From Phoronis australis (lineage: Eukaryota; Animalia; Phoronida), in the NCBI GenBank assembly GCA_002633005.1, contig NMRA01000546.1, forward strand, positions 219,344 to 283,343: DNA of 64,000 bases, given 5' to 3'. Below the pieces are notes generated by a model that was not told the DNA's origin, did not search any database, and saw only the letters and a program-made list of their open reading frames with translations. Made by a program: the position numbers and the translations under genes. Of this stretch, positions 38,312 through 51,500 are shown piece by piece; within the stretch, counting starts at the first letter, position 1; every line of letters begins with the position of its first letter.

Positions 38312-39209
38312 TGTCAGAATAAATATTGAATAAGTAATTAGTAAGAATAGGTCCATTTTAAGTTTCCAAAAAATTGTGCATTTGTACTTTAAAATCATGG
38401 GGTCAGACTTGTCGACATGTATTTTAACGTCAAAATCTATTTTTAGACGGTGTTTAAAACTTTGGGTTCTGGGCTCAAAGTACTCTAGAGATTCTAGAAA
38501 ATTCTGAGAACAAATTGTAACAGCCAATAATACGAGTGGACATGATCATGTGGTTTTCATTAGCCAATCACGAAATAAGGAGAATGTTATATTATGGGCT
38601 GAAATCAACAAGATAATTAGATGAGCTATAGTAGTTGAAGCATAAAGACTTGCTACAGTGTACAGAGGAAATTGTACGACAGAGCCATCTCGTAGAAGAT
38701 TCTAGAAAGGATCTTGGCAAGGGCAAGGATTAACGAAATGGAAGTTAACTAAGAGCTTTTCACTGACATTGTGGGTAGTAAGATATTACCTGAAGTGTTG
38801 CGTCATCAGCCAGAGACTGTGACCAGCAAGAAGAATTGCGGGTAGAAGAAATTGCCTGCAAGTATTGCATCACCAGAGACGGTGACCAGCAAGTACACTG
38901 TTGCTATACAATGTGTGTAGTTCGAAGATTCAGCAACAGGACAGACATCCAACAAGTGGAGAGTCCTAGCTTGGATAGCAGATAAGGCATTTGATTGTTT
39001 TAGTTGTTTAATTAAAGTAATATTTAAAGAGGGCGCTAGCAAAGTCGCTCTTTGTATTTGATTACTTGAATAACAATAGGTTTCATTTGTCTAATTGAGG
39101 TTTATCATATAATAAATTAATTACTGGATTTGATTACTCACTCTCCGTCTACGCACAATCTCAAAGCATAGCTACCTTTTAAACAAACCCACAGTCAAAT
39201 CATCTGACA
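38312..39209 (+). mobile_element. 3' LTR of the Gypsy element (about 898 bp)
   Basis: Polypurine tract GAGGAGGGG (38297-38305) just upstream, ends TGTCAGA...TCTGACA (7-bp inverted), AATAAA at about 39111. Confidence 0.8.
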
Positions 39210-42200
39210 CGAATCAACAACTGGAAATGGAATAGAACATGAAATTTATAGGCTCCCTATTTAATCATAGTTTCCGTGATATATAAAGAAAAACGTCCCA
39301 GGGCCAGGGGCCATATGCATCAAAGTACTTAAAGTAATAGTTGAAAACATTTTCCATTCGGGACAATCTGCAAACATTTGACGCAGGCTGCAGAAAAGAA
39401 GATCAAACGACGTAATCCTTGATCCTGTTTTATGCAACCTTGCTCCTTGGGCTCGCTATAGAAATCAAACATGTACAAGATCTGTTAAATCCCACGTTTT
39501 TACCGTGATGCAAGTTTGTCACAGGCAATTGACATCTCATTTCATTGTGCTTTAAAATCACGTCTGTTTAAACTTAAAAAAAACACCTGACTTAAAAATC
39601 CTGACTGACCCAGGTGTTTTTGAACCCTTTGATTAGCCATGACGTTATGCCTGTCGGATTGTTTAATCTATGCTGATATAATCCTAGGGATCGCTCCATT
39701 TTGAAACATCACTGCGATCTATTGCATGGCAGCACGGAGGCTCTAAAATTAAAATGTTTTGAGTTGTCCAGTACTTTGAAAATTAAAAAGAGTGAAGTTA
39801 AAATACTTTAAATGAATAAATTCAAAGCAAATCAAATATGGACCTACCCGTTGTTTATTTAACCCATAAATACACTATCGAAAGAAAGAAACGCCATAAA
39901 TTATCAACGAGGAAAGTTTAAAAAGTGTCAGTGAATCAGAAAAGCATAAATTTATTAATAGTATTTTTGACATCTCCACCGGCTCTTGTGTTGTTGAGGT
40001 TAATTGATTTACCTGGAAGAGATGCAACTGTACTATTTTTGTGCATTGAATTTTGTTTCGTTTCAGGAAGTTTCAGCCGTCGGAACGGCACTTGCTACAC
40101 ACACGGCATCGAATACAACTGGTAGGAAGGACTTCATTTGCATAGCATGAACCTGAATTATCTTAGTGACGTATACATTGTAAACTGTACCGGGAAAGTG
40201 TTTTTAGCCCAGTTTCTCTAAAAAATTCATGACATCTGAACACTTATCAAAGTCACTTTAGTGGAAGGCAAGTTTTTCAGAAGTATACTCGGAAGATTAC
40301 CAGCCGGACCTACAGTAGAAACATGGTGATCACCGAATTGAATATGACAAGCAGGGATTTTTCGCAGGCAGCGCAAACAAATGTCGTTCCTACCGAAATC
40401 AATCCGGTGTACCTTGCGCCCCAGCGCACTGGAGCGCTTTTTGAATGGAAACCTTGAATTCAGTACCATTATACATGTACAACATTTCAATCTCACCTGC
40501 CATTTTCTTTGACTGTAGTTCTTCACTAATTGCACGGATTCGCCATTTTGCCTCAAAACGAGGTGCTGTGTGTAAACTACACTACAGTAATGGTTTGCCA
40601 TGTTTGGAAACCCTCGCTTTTACGTTTGAGTTGTTATAAGAGGCCTCGTTTAGTAAGCAACAATCATGTTTGCAGCGCCACCTAAATGTGAAACTAGTGA
40701 ATTTTACCTGGACATGCTGGTACACTCCCGAGCATACTCAAAAACACTTGCACCTTTGTCTCTCGTGGTTTTTGCAAGGTCTTGGTGTAGCTTGCTTGTT
40801 TCACTTGAGACTTTGTTTCTGGAACGCCCTCCTGGTCGACCTGCCTGCGCTTCAAAGACGAAGACATCGTGAAACTGAAAGATGGTGAGGCAATTCTATA
40901 CATTATATTCGAAACACGTGAAAACATGTGCTTTGATCCGTACTGCTTAGTACCGCCAAATCTCATGCCAACTCTTGACAGCAAGCCCTAACAATCACCC
41001 AAGTTTGGATTGCCAGCCCACATGGCTATGTAATAGACGGTAAGCTGACTGCTGAAGGGCTGAAATATCCAATAGAGGTTATCAACGTATTTTTAATTAT
41101 CTATGCCAACAGCAATCTGCAGCCATGTTTAAGTCAGTATCTTGATAAATTTCACCAATAAGGACAAGGTTTCAAGTACAAAGTAGTCGAACTTTGTGCA
41201 GTGATGACTTTCCAATAACCAGAAATAAGTGTGGTGTAGACGTAATTGTATAACGTAAGGCACCACGGTAAGGCATGCACATTTCAGGCCAGAGAAGTTT
41301 TATATTAATTATAGTCCATAACCACGTTTTGAGCACAAAGAATGGTACACGCATTTATGTTTCGACTGAACATCAATTTAATGAACGACCGTTAGTAAGG
41401 CAAAACTACATTCTGGCAGTAATCTGAAACGGGATTGTATTATTTAAGTCCAAGAAGCACACGTTGTTAACCCTTATTACATGGTTAGAGGATGTTATCA
41501 TGATCCAAGAAGTACCTACCCTATAACTAATATGCAATCTAATCGAATAAAGCTTAAACAAGCGCGTCATTCACGATTCGCACCCGATGAACACACCGCC
41601 ATTTCGAACTTACCGCGAATCCGGAAGAACCCAGGCTAAGAAAACGCCGTCAATGCGCCTGGAGTAGTGCATGTTACCAGTCTGCAAACGGGGATAAAAT
41701 AATCGGCAGCGCGCCTTCATTTTAATAAAATCAAAATACGGACAATTTCTATCGAATTTGCTGAGGAAATGTGGCGAATAAATTTTGACAGAAATTATTT
41801 TGCCGAACTGGGAACCGCAGCCTATCGGACCTGGTGATTATCGAGACAAGACACTGGCGAACTGCAAAGGCATTTTGCAAGCTGTTTTGTCGAAGTATAA
41901 TGCTCAAATCATAAATGCCGTATACATCCAAAGGTGGTTAGTCCTGTGTCACACTGCCACGGCAGCCCTTAGCTAGCCTCAGTGCCAGCTACCAGTATGA
42001 AGACTATCGTCAAAATACAGCTTGTTAGTAGGCCTATACAGCTTTGCGCCAAAGCTACCATTTGACCTACCTGGTCGCTGGCCACAGCTCTTGCTCAAAC
42101 GAGGTTTATTTAGAACTTGGGGTCTTCTGGCGAACTGTGCAAAGTTGTTGACTTTCAACAGAGATTTTCGCAGACTTTGTTTGAGCTCACCAAGCCTAAA

Positions 42201-45200
42201 AATGGGGGCTGGAATTATTGGGAATGTCAACCTTTTACTGTAACATTCACTGGGTATGTTCAGAGCTATGAATTGCAGACGCTAAATTTTGGTGCTTGCT
42301 GTCTTCTAGTGGATATTTGTCTTGTTTCCTACTTTTTTCGGAGTCCGTGCTTCTCTGACTGAGACAGAACTTTTTCCATTTCTCCAAACATGGGGCTTGT
42401 TCGAGCACATAAGTATGACAAGTCCAATACAAAACATCACTTTTATTCATTAAGCCAAAATTATTCAACCTTTTACCATAACAAGTAACTCAAAATGGAC
42501 AATACTTTACAGCATTTAAGCATTACAATCACTATTCTACAGCAAAAGTCCCCATGATATGAAAGTGGACATACATGTAACTATTACCATGGTGACCGGA
42601 TAGTGGTTCCTTACACCACAATTTGACAAGCATGATTTAAAAAAATAAGAAGTTGCAAAGAACAAGAATTGAAGACTTGAAGCTTCACAATCCAACATAG
42701 CTTATTTCTCAAATTAAGATTCTTCATATCGTTGACTTGATAACCTGAATAAAGAAGCAATAAGTTACAAAACATGACTTGAAAGCAATTTAGTCTCAAA
42801 ATTTAGAAGAATATGAATCATTTTGCGACACCTTACCAAGCCTTGAATAGCAGTTGACAGTTAAACAAAAACATTTCAAAATTATTTCAACTATTTATAA
42901 GCTGAGTGTATGATCACCGGAATGGGAAATTCACAGTAAAATAATTCGAATATAGCTTATATTTTTTGCACAAAAACACGAAAATTGAACAACGTTCCTT
43001 TTTTTGTATCAACTTTAAATCTTCACAAATTACAAAGTAACAGGTTTGAAATGCCTTCCAGTTCACCAGAAGTTGCCAGGTTGTCTTTGCCGCCACAAAT
43101 GAGTCCAACGGGAATTGTGAGCACATTCATCACTTAATAAGTAACAACTGCGAAGCTGAAATTTGGTGAAAACCGTTGAATCGTGCAAAATAGTGAGTAA
43201 AAATATGTTTCACTAAATTTCATCGTTAATTGTAAGCGAAAACAATTTACAAACAGTTTTAAACTCGTAACCTATCCCGCTGTCCTCCAATATGGCCGAC
43301 GCGATCCAAACAAAGAGACCCAAATTTCGCCACAAAAATTGCAATAACTTTACACTGCTTGCCCGATTTTAATATGTTTTCGATTTTTACTAAGTAGAAT
43401 GCACTACCTTTCCGATGATAGCAAAATACTTTGTCAAAACGAAAAAACAAAAAGTGCAAAGCGAAAAAATTGGTTCTACTCATACTGGTTCCTAGGTTCG
43501 ACAGCCCTACGTAAGGAACTAAACACCAATGCTATTTAAACATATTAAGTACGCGTAACACTAAAAAAAATTCAACGACCACTAACTACAAACCAAAAAT
43601 ACACTACATATGCAAGCGAATCAAGAGATATTACTAATAAAACAAAATAATGACTTTTCGAGCAAGCGATAGCACATTCAGTTACAAGGAAAGCGTTCAG
43701 GGCAAGTTCCTGAACTGACGAGCCGGGAAAGTTGGTACGGATATTAACGATGACAGCCGGTGAATATACGCTCACAGAGAAGGGTCAAATACTGTTAAAA
43801 ATCGCTTTTGGCACGAAAGGCGAAAAGAATATAAAGAAAGGGATTCGAACTTATATTTTTATTTAGTGAGTGTTTTTGGATACTGGATCCACATTAACAA
43901 TTTGAGATAAGGACTTTAACTGTAAGCAATAATTTCTCCACACAGTCTGTTTACTTAGCAAAATATCTCCAAATTTTAACATAGATATTTTAACTCCTGA
44001 ACCTAGAAAGAGCTTCATTTTTGAAATTATACTAAGCTGCTATTATTTGGCAGTGTATCAAAAATACGCATTTGTAGCGACACTTTTGCGCTAATAACAA
44101 CGCTACTTTTTGTTTAATGCAGAATGTTCAAGACAACGAGTCTCTGCGGCTATGTTACAGTTTTCTAAGTTACCCTCTCGTGCCCATATCAATCAGCGTT
44201 TTGAGTTTTTTTTCATCAAAACATCAAAAGTCTTTTAGTTGATATTTCCTCATTCTTAATTGTAAAGCTTTAAAGCAAATCTTAACCCAATTTGGAGATC
44301 AATGGATAAAGCACGGTGTGTGAAGGTGTCATATCAATATTTACGAACATATGGCGACGTTAGATAAAAAAGGACACATTTCTAGAGTACTGCTAGACCT
44401 TAAAGAGGGATGGAACTCTAAAACTGCAAGAATTCCTGCGCATTGCCGAATGCGCTCAAAGAAGTCGGACTGACTCGCTTAAATCGGAATTGTTTTTTTT
44501 TAAATTTCAAAGATCAAAGGTCACATTTCCTTACAAGGGCAATTTTTGGAGACTACAGTACGGCACTTCGGTGGCCGGGCTATGGAAATCAAAGGCACGT
44601 GCATGTTACTGAAATTGAGGTGATTGATGCATTAGTCTGAATTCAAGAGTTGTGTTTGAAACTTAAACGTGCGTGGATGTTTTATCGAATTACATTTTAA
44701 CTGTCACCAAGGCCCATTGGTTAGTGGACTTATGAAGCGCTTTGTCTTTTGCCGCTGAAATCTCGGATCAGTTTTGCCAGACCGATGAAGAAAGTACAAT
44801 TACATTAACTAAAATGTTTTCTTCTTTAACTTATTATTTTATAGAGTGAGTTCATGAGCTAAAATATGCAGTCTTTCAGGGGAGTGAGGGCATTTATTGC
44901 TGGCTGCGTTTCCTTTATAAACAAATTTGAACAGCAAACAGGAATCAAAATGTGAATCAAGAAACAATATAACAACAGTTACACACTTAAGCGGTATAAA
45001 TGCGTGTTAAAAAAAACATGGCCGTCGTTCGTCACCGGATTTATATGGTATTCCAGTCACAGAAAATGCTAGACGATTTTCCAATTTCGGCCGAGATGCA
45101 AACAACATTGTGTTCACTAGACGTGCACATTTATATAAAGCAGAGAAAAATATTGTAACACGTTTGGTATTCCCTTATCTGATATTATATATTTTTAACT

Positions 45201-45628
45201 GTTTCATTTGGAATAAACACTTGAGCTACATGTAAGGATTTTAAATAAAAATGGTATGGTTAGCAAAGAGAGTACGTCCTGTGGTTTAACCGCCACCGGC
45301 CTCGCAAAGGGAAAAGACGCACTTGAGACAGTCGAAATATTTTTGATTGAAAAAAATCCAAACAATTGTCTTAGTCTCATCCCCGTAATTCTCTTCAACT
45401 TTGTGGATTACGTTAAAGAGCGATGTGTGGAAATTAAAATAAAATAAAATTAAAAATCGCCGTCAAAATGTATTGCTGTTATTGTATCTTGTGTCTTCTG
45501 TTTTTCAGAAAAAAATAACAAGTGCCATGACATCCAGGGCCAATAACTAAATCAGGGAATGTGCAAACTAGTAAAAACGTCTATCAATACCATTAACATT
45601 CCTAATTCATGTGTCAATATATTTTCAG

Positions 45629-45740
45629 AAGCACGGAGAGACCGAGCAGAACTTCATTACGTGCTACTACTGAAGGTTGCTGGCGGAATCATTGACCGTG
45701 ATTTTGAAAGTCTAAAGACCTTCTGTGGTGTTTGGATTGA
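45629..45740 (+). CDS. DED copy 2, exon a: ARRDRAELHYVLLLKVAGGIIDRDFESLKTFCGVWI(E)
   Basis: Acceptor ttttcag, donor ga|gtaaga. 21/37 aa identical to copy 1. Flanks are homologous (about 44515-46160 vs 8510-10110). Confidence 0.85.
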
Positions 45741-48391
45741 GTAAGAAAAACAACATTTCATTTTTACGAGTGCAAATAATCTAGTCAGAGTGTATCAAAA
45801 CATTTTAAAGTTATCCTCACCACTTCTTCGGCTGGTCCAGATCCGAAAATTTCAAATTGAAAGAAAAGGCTTATGTAGCAGTTGATTGAGTCAAGAAACA
45901 GCCGCAGAGATCCACCCGGATCACAGAATAAACTTGGATTACACGTGATAGCCTGTGTTACCTTACTATTCCATTTTTCGTAGGTGTAAAAATATAATCT
46001 CCTCTATTGCTCTAAACGAAATGTGAGAACAAAATAGTTGCATTGTCAAAGTAGGTCTCCATGTGTACCTTTTAAATATCTCAATCACGAAATTTTGTCT
46101 TCGAGAGGAGTAACCGAGAAACCTTTACATGGCATTCCTGGCTCCATCTATTGCTGAAATGATGCACTTTTGTATATGCGTCAGTTAGGCTGACGGTATT
46201 AAGTTTATGCCAGACCTTAACGACTTGTCGGCATATTTAGTAAATATATACAAACTCAACCTTATCACTTAATGAATGTTAAAATTTTCTTAAAGTAGAA
46301 TCTCTTGAGTTGTGACCATATACTAATACGTTATTAATTGGGTCAGATGACCTTGAGAATTTATAAAAATATCAAAAAATTGTACATCCCTAACAAAACA
46401 ACAGTGTCAATCATATTCTCTTGATGGATGTTTGTGAAAGTTTGCAGATATATTGGTATCACGGGTTCGAATTCTTTTCCGAATTTTTTGGCGGATCCGA
46501 TTAGCCGGTTGCTTGTCCCTTAAGGGCGATTTTTTTGTTAGGTTTCCCCTGTACGTTTGGATTTCCAAATGAAAATTGATAACACTTGGCAATTAGGTTC
46601 AAGTGAATTTTAAGAATACGACGCTGCCTTCTTATTTTGCTGTGGAATATTCCCGTAGTTATATTCTACAGCACATAATGGACGTCTGCATTTTTAAAGC
46701 TGCAATCCGCTTTTCTATGGGCCAATCAAATTTAAAGATGATTCCGAAGATATTTGTGTTCCTTATGGGGAGCAGCCGATTGACAGTCTTTTTGGATAGT
46801 TCTCCACTACACTCTGGCACACCTCAGTGCTATTTTGTTTTCTGGTTTTCCTCCGTATCTTCAGAATACTGAGGTGGATGGTCATGACATTTACCATACA
46901 CGTTTCTACTAAAGAAGCTATGACATCATCTCATTATGGAGTAGAGTCGAGGTATTTTACGACACCTAGTGGCCATTTTCTTTAATTTCTAGTCTGTTTA
47001 CTGGCGTACATTGTACGCCTCTGTATTGCCGCTACTCTGACCAATATTGTAGAAACTGGCATATGTAATACTTGAACGGCACAGCTAAAAGTGACAATAT
47101 CTGATCCTAAACGTTTTGCAAGATATTTATTGAATCTTTCTGATGTATTTATATGATCGTTATAATAGATGACGAGCATTTTCAGAACGATTCGATCACC
47201 GTAGTTTTTTACCCATTTCTTCACGGGTTATCATAAAACAGGGCAAATGAGTTTGTATTAAAGAGACATTAACACATTTCTAAATGAATTCAATTGATAG
47301 TATGCCACCTAGTGGTCATTCTTGTTACCACCAGACTGTTTCGGCATCTCCCGATCTATTGGATTAACCAGTTGTTAACATAATTATTAAAACTGGCATA
47401 CAGATTCCTATTTGGACCGTGGATGATTTTAGACTGTGTCCGACTAATGTGGTGCCCAGTTGTCACAGTTATATTTTGATTCACTCTGAGGTTCAATAAT
47501 AGTTCTTTAGAAGATCATCATTAAACTTGCAGCAGTATCTACAGGAAAAAGTAGGAGTGGTTTGCAATGTGGCTCAAACTCCACTAGTCTCGAGTCACCA
47601 AGTTGCAATTTTGTTATTTCTGTGGTTTTGCCTTGAAATCGCTCACCGTTGTTCCTGAAATTCTGCGAATAATTTACTATCACGTACACAAAACATGGAG
47701 CATGCTTCGGTTGGATTTCACCTGTATTGGCCCATAGTTGCGTTTCTGTGTTTGTTATGCCCTTCATGTTTGTAGTCTTTCTTCCTCGCTCTTATTTCTT
47801 AGAGGATCAAACAGAATAGCAGGTATGCGACTGTTGAAGAGGACATTCCTGACCTACTTCGTACCCCTTGGAGGCGTTAGTTATGATTACTAGCGTCGGT
47901 CTATTTCCTGATGGTGTTTGAAATAATGACCCTCTGTGGTTTGCACGGAATGCACTGCACACAGTGGGCGTGCAGATCAACGCTCCATGGTGCTTTTGTC
48001 AGTCCAGTGCTGCCAGGAATACCCTTGACACGTCACTGGTCCTTTTCTTGTTGTTGGAGATCTCATGGGTTGGAATCTAAACGTTCGAGTACTCAAAATA
48101 AGTTTTTAAAAATGCATTTTCTGTTTTCCTTTTGTGTGAACTCCGGCAAAGTAAATGTCTATTATGCTGTATCTAAGTTCAGTGCCATTTGAGATTTCAC
48201 ATCTGATCAGCCCTAGATTGGAGCAAAAACCTCGCAAGAAAACTTTCAAAGGTCATTAAGTGCAAACTCGCCTGCTTCGTGTCGTGAAAGCTTTCGGGTA
48301 TTCTTGTGTGCAATCTTTACTCAGAGTTATTTGAGCAGCCGAGATTTTAGATTGAAGTGTTCGTGAAATTCAATGTTTTTTTTGTTTTCAG

Positions 48392-48564
48392 AAAAGCAAG
48401 ACTGCAGAACATAACAAACACTTTGGAACTTCTCAACCAGCTAGAGAGTCAAGCGGTCATTGCGGTTGGGGATTATAAGAAGTTAATCGATATGCTGGGC
48501 CTGCTCAATCTGAACGAGATTAAGGGACAAGTGGAAAAACTGGCACGTGATATAAGTGCACTTG
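48392..48564 (+). CDS. DED copy 2, exon b: KARLQNITNTLELLNQLESQAVIAVGDYKKLIDMLGLLNLNEIKGQVEKLARDISAL
   Basis: Acceptor ttgttttcag, donor g|gtatga, 173 nt as in copy 1; 31/57 aa identical. Read-through of the donor stops at 48620. Confidence 0.85.
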
Positions 48565-51500
48565 GTATGAGAGATTATGTTGACCTTCTTCCCATGAACA
48601 CTCAGCTGCCACTTGTATAGATGTACTGGCTGTATGTGAAGAGCTATGTTATTATGGTTTTGAAAAAGAAGTAATGCCAGTTGCTAAAGATGCTGTTTCT
48701 CATCATTTTATTTGAGATATCAACATCTAGTGACTTACATGAGAACTGTGTGTACAACTACGATAAGTTTAGAGAAAAACACCACAACTGATGCATTTGC
48801 GAACAGAAGTGAACATCTATAAAAACCTGTAGTAATTCCAATCATTACGTAGTTGTTATCTGATAGTGAAATAAACAAATACTAAAAACAGTGCCTTGTT
48901 TCATTAGGGTGCTCATGAAATATTATCATTCACCTAACAAGTATTTCTCTTAATTAAAATGGTCACCGGTTCTGGGATGGTTTCCGATACACCAAAGGAG
49001 CCATAGTTGTTTGTGAATTAGAAAATCATTACCATATTTACAATTTATTGAGACTACTCATATTTAAGCTTTCTTTGAAATGCATATAAACAAAATCTGT
49101 GTAGGTATAAGTATGTATGCGTGACTGCGTCTAATATATCCTACAGCTGAGATATACCGGTTATAAATGCTAAGTCTGCGTTAGGCAACAGTTGAGTTAA
49201 TAAATCCATTTTGCTAAACGTGTTGTTCAACTTTTCAGGTGTATAAATTTCCCAACCACTGGCATCAGTCCCAGCGTCACCTAACGTTCTCTGAGTTGCT
49301 CTGATCAGTGGACAACGACCATACAGTGGACGATCAACGTCACACGTGACATCACGCTGCCCCTTGAAATCCCGATCGAATACAGAACGTTCAAGTCAGT
49401 GACAATGAACTCCACATGAATCTGCGCCTAAAAACCTGTTCGTATCTAGCTGAAATGTTTTGAAGCTGAATATGATGCAGCTCCTTCAACCTTCCACTGA
49501 TGTTTACAGCGCGGTGATAATCAATTAGTACCGTTTTTCATTCAGTTGCACATGTATTTTAGTTGAAGTGCATAGTAGGATCTCGATTTACTGTCTCAAA
49601 TGTACACTTCTCAAATCCACTTTGCCATCGTTTAAAAGGCTCCAATGAGTTGAATCCTTCCACAGTATTCATTGAGTTAAACTCCTCCACAATATTCACG
49701 AAAGGCTCCAGAGAGTTGAACCTTTCCACAAAGGCACCGTATATGATTAAATCCATGAAAGACTTAAAGGATTTGATTACTTCCACAATGTCTAAGTTCA
49801 TTAATATCACAATTCGTTGATCATCTCAGGTGTATAACATTTTGCAACTTCCAAAACCAACCGGACATTGCTATTTCTCATGAATACTCCGTTATGGTGC
49901 CGGATTTGTACGTTATTACTGTCGTTATTAATCTCCATTTTCAGGGGACTAGAGTAGTTCTAAATATTTGTTCTAAAAACAAAATGTTTTCCGTTGTGCG
50001 AATGTCCAGCTCAATATTAAGGAACTGCAGTTATACATGTATATCTAAAAGGGCTAAACATTTGCCCCATCATTATTCATAAAATATATTTAAATGGCTT
50101 AAATGTTGTAATATGGGTAAATTGTACAGTCCAGCCCATGGACTACCCTAACCCCAGCTGCGCCCTCTATTGTAAGACGTTTAACAAATAGTAGTTGAAT
50201 GTAAACTTAAAAACAATAACGATCAGGATTTTCTGCTCGCAATAATTCAAGCAGAGACCACGGAGAGTGGCATTTGAGGGTATTGCAGAATATTTTGACC
50301 TCAGTTCTGTTAAAACGATCTAATCTAGTCCGCCAACGTGCACTCTACTTAGTGGAAGCAGAGCTTGGGACATATGGTGAACATATATTATATTTTTCTT
50401 CTTAAATATTTTTGTTTTACCGTCTGTTACCTGTTAGCCCTTTTTCGTTTTTGCGTCGCTGTGCAGGGTTGCTGTATCACTCCGCGCACGCATATTTCCA
50501 CAACCATTTTGATGATCAATAATTGTAATGTTTAACCAACTTACTACCTCTTACAGTCTTATTTTTAACATATTTGTTGAACAGCATTTCAACTATTGTA
50601 AATGTATTAATAATGATAATGATTTATCATTATTTGTTAATCTCTACTTTTACTCAGTCGTAATAAATGATTCATTTTGCCTACTTCCAGTCTCAGGTTC
50701 ATGGATAAAATGGATACAACATAAACTGCCGGCTTTAACAACTTCACGTCAGGCAGATGTCCCTGCGTACACCCATAACAGACCCAACACTCAGTCCGAA
50801 GGGTATCGATTATGTGGTGGGTTGCATCTATGTACAATGTAGGAATGTTAAGTGACTTGTTAACAGTACGGCTAAACGCCGCGAAGCTGACAAACTGCCA
50901 CATTGATCAAACCTACAGGCTGTAAGCTGTCGGCGGGCGGTAAACAATACAGCACATCACCTTTTTAATACTAGTTCCAGATTTGTCATTAGCATAACAA
51001 AACAGCATTTGTTTGTTTTCAAACGTTTAAAGTTCAGTCACAATTATTTGTTTTCTTGTGACAAGTTCAGCGTGACCTCCGGTCTCTAATCACGTAGTTT
51101 ATTCATGTTTTGATCTTCTTCAGCAGATATGGAAGGCATAAATTGTTGTTTATCTACCAAAATAAGACTAAAAAGTTGTGAAGGGAAACCTGATAACGTT
51201 TATTTATGACGTTTTACCAATAATCATCTACACATGACAACTATTTTGTTGATGACGCAATGAATAATTGGATGCTGAGTCTGACACCAGTGAAGCGTAG
51301 GGAGAGTTTGTTCAAGTCAGAATGTGTATTCAAATAACTGATACATAAGTTATTCTCAGATTTACGACTTCACTTAAGATTATGTAGGACCTAATTGAAG
51401 ACAGTTATTTGAAAGTCAATTACAAGAATATTTACGTCGCGTCAACCAGTAAATACGTATAATTTCTGAAAAAAGAACGATAAAGGATTATAAAAATGCA

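Noticed and set aside
42516-44273. TTAA-flanked (Kolobok/piggyBac-like) element
   Set aside because: The putative TIRs match only loosely (indel plus mismatch), which is not enough to call.
49559-49820. Overlapping ORFs on both strands with VEEFNS-like repeats
   Set aside because: Short degenerate tandem repeat with no splice or domain support.
50691-50801. Possible downstream exon SGSWIKWIQHKLPALTTSRQADV after DED copy 2
   Set aside because: The acceptor is plausible and in phase 1, but the donor is weak and there is no paralogous or domain support. Left uncalled.
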